From Okamejei kenojei (taxonomy: Eukaryota): a stretch of 64,000 bases of DNA. A program made the translations under genes and the position numbers. The stretch lies in the NCBI GenBank assembly GCA_035221665.1, contig CM069149.1, positions 29,574,001 to 29,638,000 of the forward strand. The letters run 5' to 3'. The notes beneath the pieces were generated by a model. It had not been told where the DNA came from, made no database searches, and worked only from the letters and a program-made list of their open reading frames with translations. This document shows, piece by piece, positions 50,819 through 64,000 of the stretch; the first letter of the stretch is position 1; each line of letters begins with the position of its first letter.

Positions 50819-51125
50819 GGGCAGTACGTGGCGCAGCGGTAGAGTTGCTGCCTTGCAGCGCCAGAGACCCGGGTTCGATGCTGACTATGGGTGCTTGTCT
50901 GTACAGAGTTTGTACGTACTCCCTGTGAACTGTGTGGGTTTTCTCCGAGATCTTTCTGTTTCTTCACACACTCCAAGGACATACAGATTTGTAGGTTAAT
51001 CGGCTTGGTGTGAATGTAAAATTGTCCTGAGTGTGTGTAGGATTGTGATAATGTGCAGGGATCGCTGGTCAGTGCTGACCCAGTGGGCCGAAGGGCCTGT
51101 TTCCGTGCTGTATCTCTAAACTAAA
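50819..51125 (+). mobile_element. tRNA-derived SINE (HE1/V-SINE-like), inserted in a Penelope fragment
   Basis: tggcgcagcggtagag A box, gggttcgatgc B box, tail gggccgaagggcctgtttccgtgctgtatctctaaactaaa. Confidence 0.9.
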
Positions 51126-51549
51126 AAAAGCTAAACGATAGTGCTTGGTGGATACAGGTGAGGAAGTGAGTGATTGGCACATGGTTGGAGCAAGTGGCAA
51201 AGGCCAAAGGTAAAAAAGAAGACAGACAAAAGGGTGCCTGATAAGCAGAGGAGGAATGAAATGTAAAGCCGGAGGGAGCAATATGGGTGGCAGTTGACAG
51301 GGAAGAGGGTGGATGAAAGGGAAATGGAGGACATGGGGATGAGTGGTTATTAATGGAATCGCTCTGCTGGGAACTAGAATATTCCCACAGTCAGAAAGTA
51401 CCTGCTTTCTCTGGCCTTGGCCCTATTTTTTAAAAGAAAATGCATTTCTGTCACATCTCCCCAGCCCCAAGGGAACACGTGTTTTTCAACTCTGACGTTC
51501 TATAATATTTTTTGTCAGAGAGATGTGTAGCAATTTAAAAGTTTTATAG

Positions 51550-51950
51550 GAATGAACAGCAGGTGCTGGTTTATACCGAAGATAGACCCAAAATGTTGGA
51601 GTCAATCTGGCCACATTCTCTGGAGAGATAAAAAATAGATGACGTTTCTGGTCGGAATCCTTCTTCAGACTGAAAGTAGAGGTAGGGGGAAATCAACTGG
51701 AGGTGAGAAAAGGCCAGAACAAATCAGAGCCGGCAACAGATGTCCTCAGGAAGGGTGTAGCCCAAAATTGCCCATTGTGGTCTGGGGAAGGTGTGACAAC
51801 CAGAGGGCTACAAGGATGTGACCGGTGGTACTGATAGGACAACTAGGGTGAGGGAGGGTAAGAAAAGTGGGGAGGGAATGCAGGAATTACTTGAAATTAC
51901 AGAAGTCAATGTTCAAATGGTTTGGTTGTAAGCTGCCCAAGCATAATATG
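51550..51950 (-). mobile_element. Penelope-like terminal fragment with hammerhead motif
   Basis: Minus strand reads agtCTGAAGAaggattccgaccaGAAAcgtca at ~51640-51671; tacttgaaatt..gaagtcaatgttca marks the ORF end. Confidence 0.75.
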
Positions 51951-54900
51951 AAATGAAATAATTTAAAAGTTGCTTAGAAATACCACATGGAAACCGGCCC
52001 TTCAGCCCACTTTGACGACCATTGAACGCCCATTCACACACATTCTATGTTATCCCACTTTTGTATCCACTCCTTATAAGCTAGGAGCAATTACAGAAGC
52101 CAATCAACCTATAACTCTGCACATCTTTGGTATGAGGGAAGAAACTGGGGCACTGGGCAAAACTCACAGTGAGAATGTGCAAACTCCACCAAAAGAGCAC
52201 CAAAGGTCAGAAACAAACCTGGGTCTCTGACAGCAGCTCTGCCAGCTTCGCCACTGTGCCGCATGACGGGTGCCGCCAAGTTGTGTTCGATATTTGCTAC
52301 TACGCTATGTGACGTTTATGCACAAAACTGGATATTGAATGTAGGTGTTTGACTTGTTGAACAAGCAGTGATGATTATTGGTAAATGTATTTAGTTTTTT
52401 TTCCACTTTCCATATTGGGATCCATTCAGATCCATCTGAAAAATGGCCTTCTAGGATACAAGAAGCGAATAAAGGTGGTGCTGATCACTGCTATAATGGA
52501 GTGGGGGGTTGGAATTTGAAATCAAATTTTAAAATATCTGGGAACAAAAGTAATTGCAGTCTCCACCATTGAGGCACTCAATACCTCACATATTGCTGTC
52601 ACCTCCATCAGTGGCACATGTTAATTTCAAAGGCACTGCCTTGTCATTAAAGAGCATTGTCTGCGCTCTAGAATTCAGTCTCTGGATGATTCTGGTGACA
52701 ATCTGGACACCGGTCAGTTTTTAAACTTTGTTGTACAGTTATCTGAATACTATTGGTTTATTATTATCATGTATACAAAGAAACTGCGTGCTATCCAGAC
52801 ACATCATGCCACACATGAGTACTTTAGGGAGCACGAAAGAGAAAGTAAACAGAGTACAGAGTATAGTATAGCTACAGATTTTTTTTTCATGTTCAAGGAC
52901 AGCATGAAGGTAGATTGGCAGATTGGGAATTCATCCTTAGCAGAAGAGAGATCTGTTCAAGTGCCTGATCACAGAGAAAAAAGGTTGTCTTTGAATCTGG
53001 TGGTTTGTGCTTTCAAACTTTCTTGAATTGCCTGCCTGATAGAGGAGGGGTGTGAGTGGTCCTTAATTACGTTAGCTGCTTTCCCGGGGCAGTGTGGAGT
53101 ATAGGTGAAGTCGATTGGGTTTTTTTTGGGGGGGGGGGGGGAATATGCTGGTTTGAATGATGGACCAGGCTGTGTCCCCCTACACTCTTCCATTTTTTTT
53201 GCAGTCTTGGGAAGAGCAGTTGCCACACCAAGCTGTGATGCATCCCAATAGGATCTTTCTACATCTGGAGTCATTGGAGACCTGCTGAATTTCCTTGCTG
53301 AGACCCTGGATGGAAATTCAAACTCGTAGTGTTTGCACCATTACACCAGATGTAAGCTTGGGGTGTGAGGTGGAGAGTGGGAATGGGCATAGTATTGACA
53401 AAGGTTTATTGGATTGATATCTGGAAGGAGCGGGCTGTTGTACAAGGAAAAGTTGCTCGTGTCCATTGGAGTTTAGAAGAGTGAGAGGAAACTTGATTGA
53501 AACATACCAGATCCCGAGGGGTCTTCTGGGAGGGCCAAGAACAGGTCACCGTTTAAAAATAAGATGTTGCCCATTTAAGCCTTTAAAACACTCTTCCTCC
53601 AAGGGAGGTTGGTGGTGAGTCTGTGAATGACTTTAAGGCAGAGCTAGATGGATACTTGTTAAACAAGTCACCTGAAAAGTCGCCATGGGCATATGGGAAT
53701 GCAAAGTTAAAGTTGCAATAAGATCCACCGTGATCATACGAATCGGCAGACTAGCCTTGAGTAGATGAACAGCATATCCTCTAATTTGTGTGTTTGTGTA
53801 AAATTGACCATTAAATTAATGTATCATTGTAATGATACCAATAGTTCTGAGGGAATGAAAGAAGTTGTTCTGGCCAAGTCAAGAAAGGACACGACTTCAG
53901 TCCCATCTTGAAGTGGCTGACATTTGAATTTCTCCTGAAGTGGTCTTGCAAGGTAGGATGGTTTTCATTTTCATAAATCTTCGATGGAGGAACAAAATCT
54001 GAGCAGTAAATTGGGCCTAACTCGCTGGATAACATTTGTTATCTTCATTCAAGCACGAAAAAATGTTTATTGTTTCTCATGCAATGTTAATTGTTATTTT
54101 GGCTGTGGTGAGGTATGTGCTAAAACCTGAAAGGGCAGACCTGATACACTCTAACCCATGCAGCTGAATAATATTTGTGGAATCTCTTCATTGTGAGCAT
54201 CAATGTCTTCTCTTTTATTTATGAATACTCAGCAGTATATTTGGACCTCCTATTCAAAGGGATTTAAATAAACGTTGTCGGGAGCCATGAAGATTCCCGA
54301 AAAGAACAATGATTTGCTGAATGGAACAATAGGGCAAAAAGGAAATCTCTTACGGTGGACAAAAGAATAGAGAATACTTTATCTTGACCTTTACCTGAAT
54401 GTTGTGGTGGGAATGAAAAAAGATGTGGGTTAATTAACCTGGACTGGCACATCGAACAATCTCAGCCGATCGATCTACATTTGTGGGGAGAAAGGAATTG
54501 GCCATGATTTCAAGCATCCTTGACAGCTGCAGAAAGAATCAAGGATCTGGTCTTTCAGACAATATATGAATTTGAATTTATGCCTCTGGTTTGTCAATGT
54601 GGCATCTCTTTTCAAAAAGAAAGGATATTATCAACTATGTCAAATATAGCCTGGTCAGTCCAGCACTGAGGGTGGAGAATTAATTTGCACTGGATGAAAT
54701 GTATGGAATGGAGACAGTGCAGATTGATAATTGACGTAATTCGTAATGAGTTTAACAGTTCTTCAAGGGAGGTAGGAATATGCTGATCGTGTACATTGAA
54801 GTGTGTTGACACAATTAAGGTATTTGTTAATGGGAACAGAGCAATGCAAATAAAGTTAAAGGCTTTAAGAGAAACAAATAGGTGGCTGCCTGCTGAAGGT

Positions 54901-57369
54901 ACATTTCAGGATGTGACTGGATCTTGGTAAGAAAGAAAATAGCCAGTGATGAAACGTAAAAGAGAAGAGCATCTTTGAAGTTATAATGCAAGAAACTTGG
55001 AAAATTACTTTGCACAAAAACTTTGGGATCTCAGCACTTTAAAAAAATTGGATATTTTTCAGAAATGAAGAAAGCACTAAATGCAGGATGAATCATTTGT
55101 TATGCTGTGATGGGTATATTGTAGAAATGTTCAAGATCTTTATTAGGTAAGCTAGTGAGACCGTAGAAAGATGAATATTTGGAAATGGAGAATTTGAATG
55201 TTTGTGGAGATGATCAGAATTCTTTGTATTGTGTGGAGAGCTCTCTGACTGTTGACATGATGTGTTATAACTTAAAATGGTACCTTTTTGCTTTTGGACG
55301 TGAATTATTTTTGTTAACGGGTACAGGAACTGTCAAACCTGACATCATAGATGCAAAGATTATGAAAGCATAGATAAAGACTGTATTAACTACCAAGTCA
55401 TTACTGGTGTATTTTTCCCATTCACAAGTAAATTGGTCTAATTATCCTGCATTCTAAATGTTCTTATGTTTTAAAATATTTTTATGTTAGCTATCTTTTA
55501 ACATTTTTGATTCAATAAAATACATTTGTGGCAGATAAATTAACCATTTAACTTTAAAAAATAAATGTTTTCAAGGTGTTTCTCCCCCCCCCCCCCCCAC
55601 ACACACACACATATGTCTTGCCAACTCATGAAAGTGACCAGTTATGCTGTCATCTTCCATAATCACAAAATATATAGGTATGCCCATACCCGATCAACCA
55701 TGAGATCTTGTGACGAAAGCACTAACTTTTCAAACTTCGCCTCATCACATTGTCATTTGAGTCTTGTGCAAATCATTCTCTGATAGTCGCATCTGCTGAA
55801 TTTCCAGAGCTTTCAAAAAACGTAATCAGTTGGGGAAGCATTACCTCCTCCACAAGGTTAGGTGATGCATGAGTGATGATGCAGAATTAAGTCTCGTGCA
55901 CTGACATGAGCAGCACAGAAAACACTCTGCAAAGGCTTGGAAATTTCTTATCCAAATTAGTAATTGAGTCGGACACAAAATGCTGGAGTAACTCCTCAGC
56001 GGGACAGGCAGCATCCTGGAGAGAAGGAATGCATGACGTTCCGGGTCACTTCTTCAGACTGTCGTACAGTATGGAAACACAGAAACTGCGATCCAACTGA
56101 TCCATAGTGACCATGATGCCCCATCTAAGCTAGACTGAATAGCAGGCAACAAAAGCTTTTCACTGTACCTCGGTAAATGTGACAATAAACTAAACTGAAA
56201 ACCTTCTTCAATATCTGCTTTTGACCCATATCTAAATCTTTCCTATCTGTGTATCTGTCCAAATGTCTTTTAATGTTCTAGCAGAAAATCAAAAACATTT
56301 AAAAACATCTGCCACTGCTCAAAATGTCATTCTGAGGAAGTTATTTCACATGTGCTATAATCAAAACACTGCAAGTTAAACCACAGCAAGACATCCTTTA
56401 TTTTGATGCTAATTGTTAATGTACTGATAATTCATTTGTTTTCCTTAATCTTGTATACAATTACATTCCAAAGGCAGTAACACAAAAGATGACTCGAGAT
56501 CAATGTTATGTTGTGTTATTGACAAGAAATTGATTCACACTTTTTAATCATAATTTTCTTTTGTAAGATATCACAATCGCATATTCTTTGTGCCACTAAA
56601 ATTGTTTCCTCAAAAGTCTTGACCACAAGGCGACCATTTTCTGCCATTGTGCTTGAGTAACAAGACTGGTCTATTGTGTATCTGTCACCAAGTCAATGCT
56701 GTTCAAGGGCAGTGAGGGGACATTGTGTCTTAGCAAAGTAGATGCTAGGGTAGTTAATAGGGGTGGTCATCTCTTGTACCTGTGCACTCATAAATAACAG
56801 CTCATTGAAATACTGCGATCGTGTTTTGCTGTCTTGCGCGTAGCTGTAATTTTAATCAACTCTCGTGCTAGAGCTGACATGATTTGTTTGCTTCGCTTTG
56901 CTACGCGTGGGCCCAAGAAGGAATGTATTTGTTCTGACTGATAAATTAAAACTTGGACAATACTGCTTCAGATTTTAATAGGTAATAAAGGTAATGGCTC
57001 TGTCCTTTTCATACTGTGTTAACGTTAATATGGTTGCATCTGAATGACAAAAGATTGAAGGAACTTGAGTGCTGGATTGATAAGTTACGTGATACCACAC
57101 AAAGCAGCTTCACAAGTGAAGCAGACGCAATTAAGGCTTTGCAGTGACCATTTGACCTTTACTTTTTGTGAATTTGATGATAGGTGAGAGGCCTTTATCA
57201 GCCCTAGATTTATAGGGTATTTCCAAAATAAAAGTCTACACTTTTCAAACTTTTGGTAGGAATTTGAATTCTTTAAGACGGATTTCTATTTGCTATGAAA
57301 TAGACTAACCACTTCAACCAGTCTAATATGGTGTTTCTGCTCATTTTGCAAGTCTTTCTATTGGACTGA

Positions 57370-57850
57370 CATAGTCATACAGCATGGAAACAGGCCCGTC
57401 AGCCCAACTTACCCATGTGACCGAGATGTCCCAACTACACAAGTCTGCATTTGGCCCATATGTATCCATTTTGACCGTTCCTATCCATGAACCCATCCAA
57501 ATGTCTTTTAAATGTTGTTGTAGTACATGCTTGAATTATCTCCTGGCAATTCGTTCCATATACCATCTGTGTGGGAAAAGTTGCCCCGCTGGTTGCTATT
57601 AAATCCTTCCCTCTCACTTTAAACCCATGTACTCTGGCCCTTGAATCCCTCACTCTAGGTAAAGACTCTGTTTACTTGCCCTGAATGCTTTCAAGAGAGA
57701 GTTAGGTAGAGCTCTTAAAGATTGCGGAGTCAGGGGATAAGGTGAAAAGGCAGGAACAGGGTACCGAATGTGGATGATCAGCCATGATCACAGTGAATGG
57801 CGATGCTGGTTTGATGGGCCGAATGACCTACTCCTGTACCTATTGTCTAT
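57370..57850. mobile_element. Two CR1-type 3' ends in opposite orientation
   Basis: catagtcatacagcatggaaacaggccc (minus tail) and gggccgaatgacctactcctgtacctattgtctat (plus tail). Confidence 0.75.
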
Positions 57851-59409
57851 TATACTCAATTAGCCAATCCTCAATGAACTATACCAGCTCATCAAGAGAT
57901 TACTGTGTCTTTCATAATCAGTTTGTGCGAGGATATTGAAAAACAAACAGAAACCCTGTGGGAAAACATGCAAACTGCACAGACAGATAGCACTCAAGAT
58001 CAGGATTAACCCAGGTACCCATCTTCATTGAAATACAAGCAAGGGCAGGGGGGGCCATATGAAGAGAACCTCATACTAATGCAAAATATTTGTTAAGTAT
58101 TAGTTTTAAAATTCAAATATCAAAATGGGGAAGGTATGCTAAGCATTTAAAACTCAATGGGGGGGGGGGGTCCTACAAGGAGCTATGTATCAATTTCTGG
58201 GCACCACATTTTTGGAAGGCTATCAAGTCCTTAGCAGGGATGCAGACACGTAAGCTTCAGCTAAATGGTAATACGAATCTGTGACTTGTTCCACATGGAG
58301 ATCCAGCTGAGTTTTTTCGCTTCTGAATCAGGGAATGTTTAAGGGAAGAATCAAAGAATTATTCCAATTAGGAACAGTTCTGATGCAATACATACACAAT
58401 TGCCACTGCCAGATCAGTTGTTGACTAGAGGATGTCGAGATGTTAGGTGGCATAAAAATTATTGTGAGCAGAATGTTTCAATGACATTATCTGAAGAGCA
58501 TGGCATGAGAGAGCGAAGTATGTTTTAGTGGTAACTTTTTTTGGTCTTAAACCTAAGCTCTTTTCGGTGGTTGAAGAGGAAAATATTTGGATGTCTCTTT
58601 CAATGTATAAATGGCCTCTTGTTCTGTATAATTTTGCAGTTTTCATTCTCATAAACAACGTAATTTCCCCTGTATAATTATGTGCAATGATGCTCTGCGT
58701 GTATGACTTGATGATGTTGATGCTATAAATATAACTTGAATGGCTAGAATAATTTGCTCATTAGCACTAACCCAGTTTCCTATGTTTCCCACTTGGAAGT
58801 TTTGAATCACAAGTTCTCTTTCATTCATTCTCTTTAGATCCCAAGCCTGACATTTGGTCCCATTGGAGATAGTTTATCCACATCTGCTCTGTTTACAATG
58901 ATTCTTGTGCCCATGCATCACGTTATATCCTTATCATTCATTCCTCTGCATCTTCCCTGTAGTTACTCCTGTTTTAATTTAAAATGTATTTACTTTCGTT
59001 GCAGAAGGCACTTGGTTTTTGGGACAGGGTTCTGTGAACACATTAATAACCTCTGCTATTTTCCACTTGATCACGGGTATGATCCAACTATTTAATTGCA
59101 AGGTAGCTCGGCCAAAACACATCCTCTTTTAACAATTACTTTTATTTCAAGAATGCACTTTGTTTATAAAAATGGTCAATGTCTAGTCCATGTAATTTAA
59201 TTTACTTTGTTAGCATGTTACCTTCAGCAAACAGGCTAGTTTGCACTTGCTCCAGCACCCCTGCATCCACCATCCCCACCTACGCTCTGTACAATAGTAA
59301 GAGGACCTCTCCCTTTGGAACCCTATGAAGCCTTGGACTTGTAGCATTCTGTTGTGGACAGCCCCTTGCACTGGCTGAGTAGTGAGCTTCACACTGACCC
59401 GGAGTTTTA

Positions 59410-59660
59410 AGTTTAGTTTACGTTTCGAGGTACAGCATGGAAACATACCCTTCAGCCCATCGGGTCTATGCTGACCAGCGATCCCCATATGCTAGTTCTA
59501 TCCTCTAGGACAACCTACAAACCTGCGCATCTTTGGAATGTGGGAGGAAACCGGAGCACCCAGAGAAAACCCACGTGGTCGCAGGGAGAACGTACAGACG
59601 TAATTCGTAGTCGGGATTGAACCCGCGTCTCTGGCGCAGTCAGGCAGCAACTGTGCCACC
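59410..59660 (-). mobile_element. tRNA-derived SINE
   Basis: Reverse complement of the 23084 family (ggaggaaaccggagcaccc.gagaaaacccac). Confidence 0.85.
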
Positions 59661-61139
59661 CATGTGTTCACCGGGTTGATACCCTACCAGCAGTTTGTGT
59701 GTGTGTGTGTGTGCTCCTGGAACAGTCCATGGTGCACAAATTCCTGAATCATCCAGCTGTGTTGTATGAATGTTAACAAAGACCACTGTGTCTCTTTCCC
59801 AACTGCCTTGGCAAATGCACATTCTGGAAGGAGATGGATGGTGACCACCTTCTTAGTGAGCTTGGCTTGATGGCAGTATTCGGCCATAGTCATACAGAAT
59901 GGAAGCAGGCCCTTCAGCTCAACTCGTCCATGCCAACCAAGAGGTCCCTTCTAAGCTAGTCCCATTTGCCCATGTTTGGCCCAAATTCATGTAAGCATTT
60001 CAGATCCATGTACTTGTACAAATCCATTAAAATGTTGTTATTGTCCCCACTTCCGCCATTTCCTCTGACAGCCTGTTCCATATACACACACTGTGTGAAG
60101 AGGTTGCCTTGGGTCCATTTTAAATGTTGTCCTCTCTCATCTTAACATATGTGCTCTAGTTTTTGAACCCCCTTGCCTGGGAAAAAAACTCCACATTCAC
60201 TTTATATATGGCCCTCGTGATTCTATATGAACACCCCTCATCTGCTTGTGAATCAAGGAATGAAGTCTCAATCTGCCCAACCTCTCTCCACAGCTCAGGC
60301 CCTCAAGTTGTGGAAGCCCATTTGTAATAGTTTAGGGACAGTTTGAGCTCGGGTAAATCGTGAGATAGCTGACAAAATAAAGGGAGGGGTGATGGTTCAC
60401 ATGAAGGGCCAGGGAATCCTCACAAGAAATTTGAACCAACAAACCAGGCTAAGTGACAGAAGGAGTTGACTGGGCAGGTTCATGAGTGTGATTTACTTTA
60501 GTAATGGCACCAGCAGAGGAAATTGAGTTTGCAGTAAAAGAAAGATACTGGGACTTGCCTTCACATTCTAAGGCAATTGTAGACGGGCCAGTAAGGGACT
60601 ATGTGTGGTTCAACAAAATCAGGCAGTGAACATCTGCAACATCGCTTGGATTTTAGGAAGCATGATTTCGGGAAGTAGATTAGGAGCGGAGAGATCAGCC
60701 TGGCTGGAGAGCAGCATGAGGATACAATGGGAGACAGATTTGGGATTAGAATGAGGTGAGTGTAGAAATGGAATGGTCAAGTGATTGGCCATGCATGTAG
60801 TTTGGGAACTGTGTGTATGGAGACCATGGAAATTTGTGTGGAATGAGCATGAAGAGGGTTGTGTTGCCTCGATTTGCAAGTCACTTGACGATGAGGTTGA
60901 TGGATTAAATCGGTTAAGGAACGTTGATGGGTGGATAAGGAAAGAACAAGGTTTTTAAATGAGATGGAAAGGATTGACTAGAGTGAAGTGCCCGGAAGAG
61001 AGACGGTAAGGTCCAGAAGTGCAGACAAAGGTGTCATTGGTAAGAAGAGTTGCATCACCACTCTTGTGATCTTGCAATGGGCAAGTTTCATTTACTCAAT
61101 GGTGTTATTGTCCCCCAGCCAGGATTATTCAACAGCCAG

Positions 61140-62330
61140 GCTGTCCTCATAGAATGAAGAGGAGGGTGGTGGTGGAATGTTGTTTTAGACAAGAGATCTG
61201 TCCAAGTGGTGTACGTCAGGAATCAGTGCTGTTTGTGGTTATATCAACGATTTGGATCTAAGTGTACATGGCATGATTAATAAGTTTGCAGATGACACAG
61301 ATGTAGGTGGTATTATAGACAGCGAAGATGGTCATCAAAAACTACAGAAGCTGAGGAATGGCTATTGGAGATGAGTGTGAGGTCTTGCATTTTGGGAAGT
61401 CAAAGCAGGGAAGTACCTTCACAGTCAATGGTAAGGAACCGGGGAAGTGTTGTGGAGCAGAGAGATCTGGGTATATAGTTCCCTGAGACTGGCGTCACAG
61501 GTAGATAGGATGGTAAAGGCGGCTTTTATTACATTGCCTTTCACCAGGCAGGGTGTTGAATAAAGAAGTTGTGAAGTGACGTTACATTGGTAATGCTGCA
61601 TTTGAATTATTGTATTTGTTTTTGGTCACCCTGCTATAGGAAGGATGTCATTAAAACATAGAAAAAAAACATAGAAAATAGGTGCAGGAGTAGGCCACTC
61701 GGCCCTTTGAGCCTGCACCGCCATTCAATATGATCATGGCTGATCATCCAACTCAGTATCCTATACCTGCCTTCTCTCCATACCCCCTGATCCCTTTAGC
61801 CACAAGGGCCACATCTAACTCCCTCTTAAATATAGCCAATGAACTGGCCTCAACTACCTGGGACAAACTAAGCTGGAACAAGGGCAGAGAAGATTTCTGA
61901 GGAGGCCCTGAGCTAAAGGGAAAGGTTGGGCAGGCTAGGACTTTATTCCTTGACGTACAGGAAGTTGAGGGGTAATCTTTAGAGGTATATAAAATCACAA
62001 CGGGAATCAATAGGATGAATGCAGTGTCTTTTACCCAGGGAAAGGGAATCAAGAACCAGAGGATGTAGATTTAAGGTGAGAGGGAACATATTTAATAGGA
62101 ACTTGGGGGGGGGCAATATTTTCACTCAGAGGATGGTGTATTTATGGAAAGAATGGCCAGAGAATTGAGGAAGGTACGATAACAACATTTGAAAGACACT
62201 TGGACAGGTACATGGATAGGAAATGTTTAGAGATATAAGGCAAATATGATTACCTCGGATGGAGCATGTTGGTTTGCATGGGCCAGTTGAGGCGCAGGGC
62301 CCGTTTCCATGCTATATGACTCAATGACTA
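61140..62330 (+). mobile_element. CR1-type LINE RT/3' fragment with a nested antisense CR1 tail (61657-61860)
   Basis: INDLD..INKFADDT (atcaacgatttggat..aagtttgcagatgacac); 3' tail gggcccgtttccatgctatatgactc. Confidence 0.85.
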
Positions 62331-63779
62331 GGATGTTGATGGTGCCCAAACTCGCAAGGTTGCCCGTTATGCGGGCCCTTTTTATTTTCCAATTGAATTA
62401 GCTTTCTGCACAGAGAGGAGGAAGATAGACCACACGATCATCAATGTGTTGGACCAAAAGACTGGTGAGAGTAATCACCAGTGAATGAGCTGGGTGGGAT
62501 AGTTGGTGTAAAAGTGGGATTGGGGTTGCAATGCTGAATGCCTGGCTAGTCCTTTTGGAGACTACCTGGGGAGACACAAGGGGACATTTTGGCTTGGGAC
62601 CTTTATTCAGACTCAAATTAAAACAAAGGACCCTTCCTCTAGAAAAAGGCCAGGTGGCAGAGGCGACAGGAGAAGATATCATCGCAGTGGGCTTGTAAAT
62701 TGTTGTGGTGTGAATGCAGGGATACAAAGGTCAGATCTCTGAGGATCAACTGTTCCACACCTGAAAAAGGGAGGTTGGAGGATGGCCAATACATGAATAG
62801 GGTAAGAGCTGGCGTCCGAGGGAGGGTGTAGAGAGGGGTGGAGGGAAGCTCAGAGGAAGTACTGTGGGGGAGAGATGATAGGGGCTGAGTTGGGAATGGG
62901 TAGTGCAAGTGTGCTGACTAGGAGAAGTAGCATGGTTATATCAGGGGGAATGCACCTGAACTGGACCCAGTGGTGCCATTAATGAGGTTCCCTGATGGAA
63001 AGGGGGAGCAGTAGGACCCAGGAGAGTCCAAAACACAAATGCACAGAAGGGCTGCTTGTCAGCACAGGAGAGGTTTGTAATTGATGAAGAAAATAATGTG
63101 GGAAGAAATAGGAGATAAAAAATATATAAATACAAGTGATGGGTCTGGCTTCAGAATCATAGTCAAATTGTGCATTGGAATGGATCCACTGAAAATGTAA
63201 GTTCCACGGATCTGATGCATAGACATTGAATGCGTGATCATCCCAGCCCAACATGTCATTTTCTAAACAAATCCCTGCTCACTGCCCTTGATTAACGTTG
63301 GTTTTCCAAGTGTTTTTATACAGCCCCTCAGAAATGTTTCTGATTTTAGGTCGACAGTCCAGGTATTGTTTTGCCAGGACTGGTATTGGTATTCATAGGC
63401 ATAATAATTCCCCCTCTCAAGAGCCTGAGATGTATCTTGGCTATTTATACTCTCTTAGAATGCTGAACTCCTTAATATTTTCTCTCTAACTAATATTTTG
63501 CAACCTTCCCCTCGATGAAACGGTCAGTTTTGTGTGTGATATGTTTCAAATGGACCTGAATTCAGGTTCCAAGTGTTTAAAATGGGATTTTTCTTGTTTA
63601 AATCTTGCCAGGTGCTTTGACATGGAAATGATGATATGCAATTTAAATGCCAAAGCGCCTGGGTATTCGCCAAACCTTTCCATCACTCACTAATCTCGTT
63701 AAATTCCCACCATATCCCTTCAACTCTTCCTGGATGCCTCCAATCAGCTGCACAGAGGCTGAAAATCCAAAGGCCAATT

Positions 63780-63948
63780 AGCCTAACATCCCATGCATTG
63801 TTGGGAATGTGGGAGGAAACTGCAGCACGCACACAAAATCAACACATTAGTGGAGAACCTGCAGACTCCACATAGACAGTGCCAGAGATCAGGTTTGAAC
63901 CTGGATCCCTGGACTTGTGAGGCAGCAGTTCCACGAGCTGTGCCACCC
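63780..63948 (-). mobile_element. tRNA-derived SINE (degenerate)
   Basis: gaatgtgggaggaaac ... tgaacctggatccctgg..tgtgaggcagcag..ctgtgccacc. Confidence 0.75.
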
Positions 63949-64000
63949 TGACCAGCAGTTTCCACTGAAGCTCGAGTTTCCATTCCTAATGGGTTCATAC

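Noticed and set aside
32544-64000. YAF2 exon 3 (KPRPVSQLVAQQ...)
   Set aside because: No matching sequence found; it probably lies beyond the window

Overview
Repeat-rich vertebrate genomic DNA. The SINE, LINE and Penelope families present suggest a cartilaginous fish, probably a skate or ray (inference). There are two real genes, both on the + strand. ZCRB1 (U11/U12-31K; RRM + CCHC knuckle) has six coding exons at 629-18537, and its first coding exon lies upstream of the window. YAF2 (RanBP2-type zinc finger, non-canonical PRC1 subunit) has exons 1-2 at 31904-32543, followed by a long intron 2 that runs past the window end. Almost all ORFs in the supplied track are spurious or transposon remnants (Tc1, pogo/Tigger MITE, Harbinger-like MITE, hAT-like element, Helentron-like elements, CR1, Rex1, Tx1, Penelope, tRNA-derived SINEs). 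The most interesting signals are: (i) ~17 Penelope-derived minimal hammerhead-ribozyme motifs, in which every intronic sense copy I found is damaged; (ii) a very young ~320-bp-arm palindromic Penelope insertion with a 17-bp TSD, whose sense hammerhead carries the classic G5A inactivating change; (iii) a candidate frame-preserving 42-nt YAF2 cassette exon; (iv) a 6-bp-TSD DNA transposon carrying an E2F + phased CCAAT promoter-like array next to the last ZCRB1 exon; (v) a 34-bp locally templated insertion. Repeat boundaries were read by eye and are approximate unless a TSD or TIR is cited.
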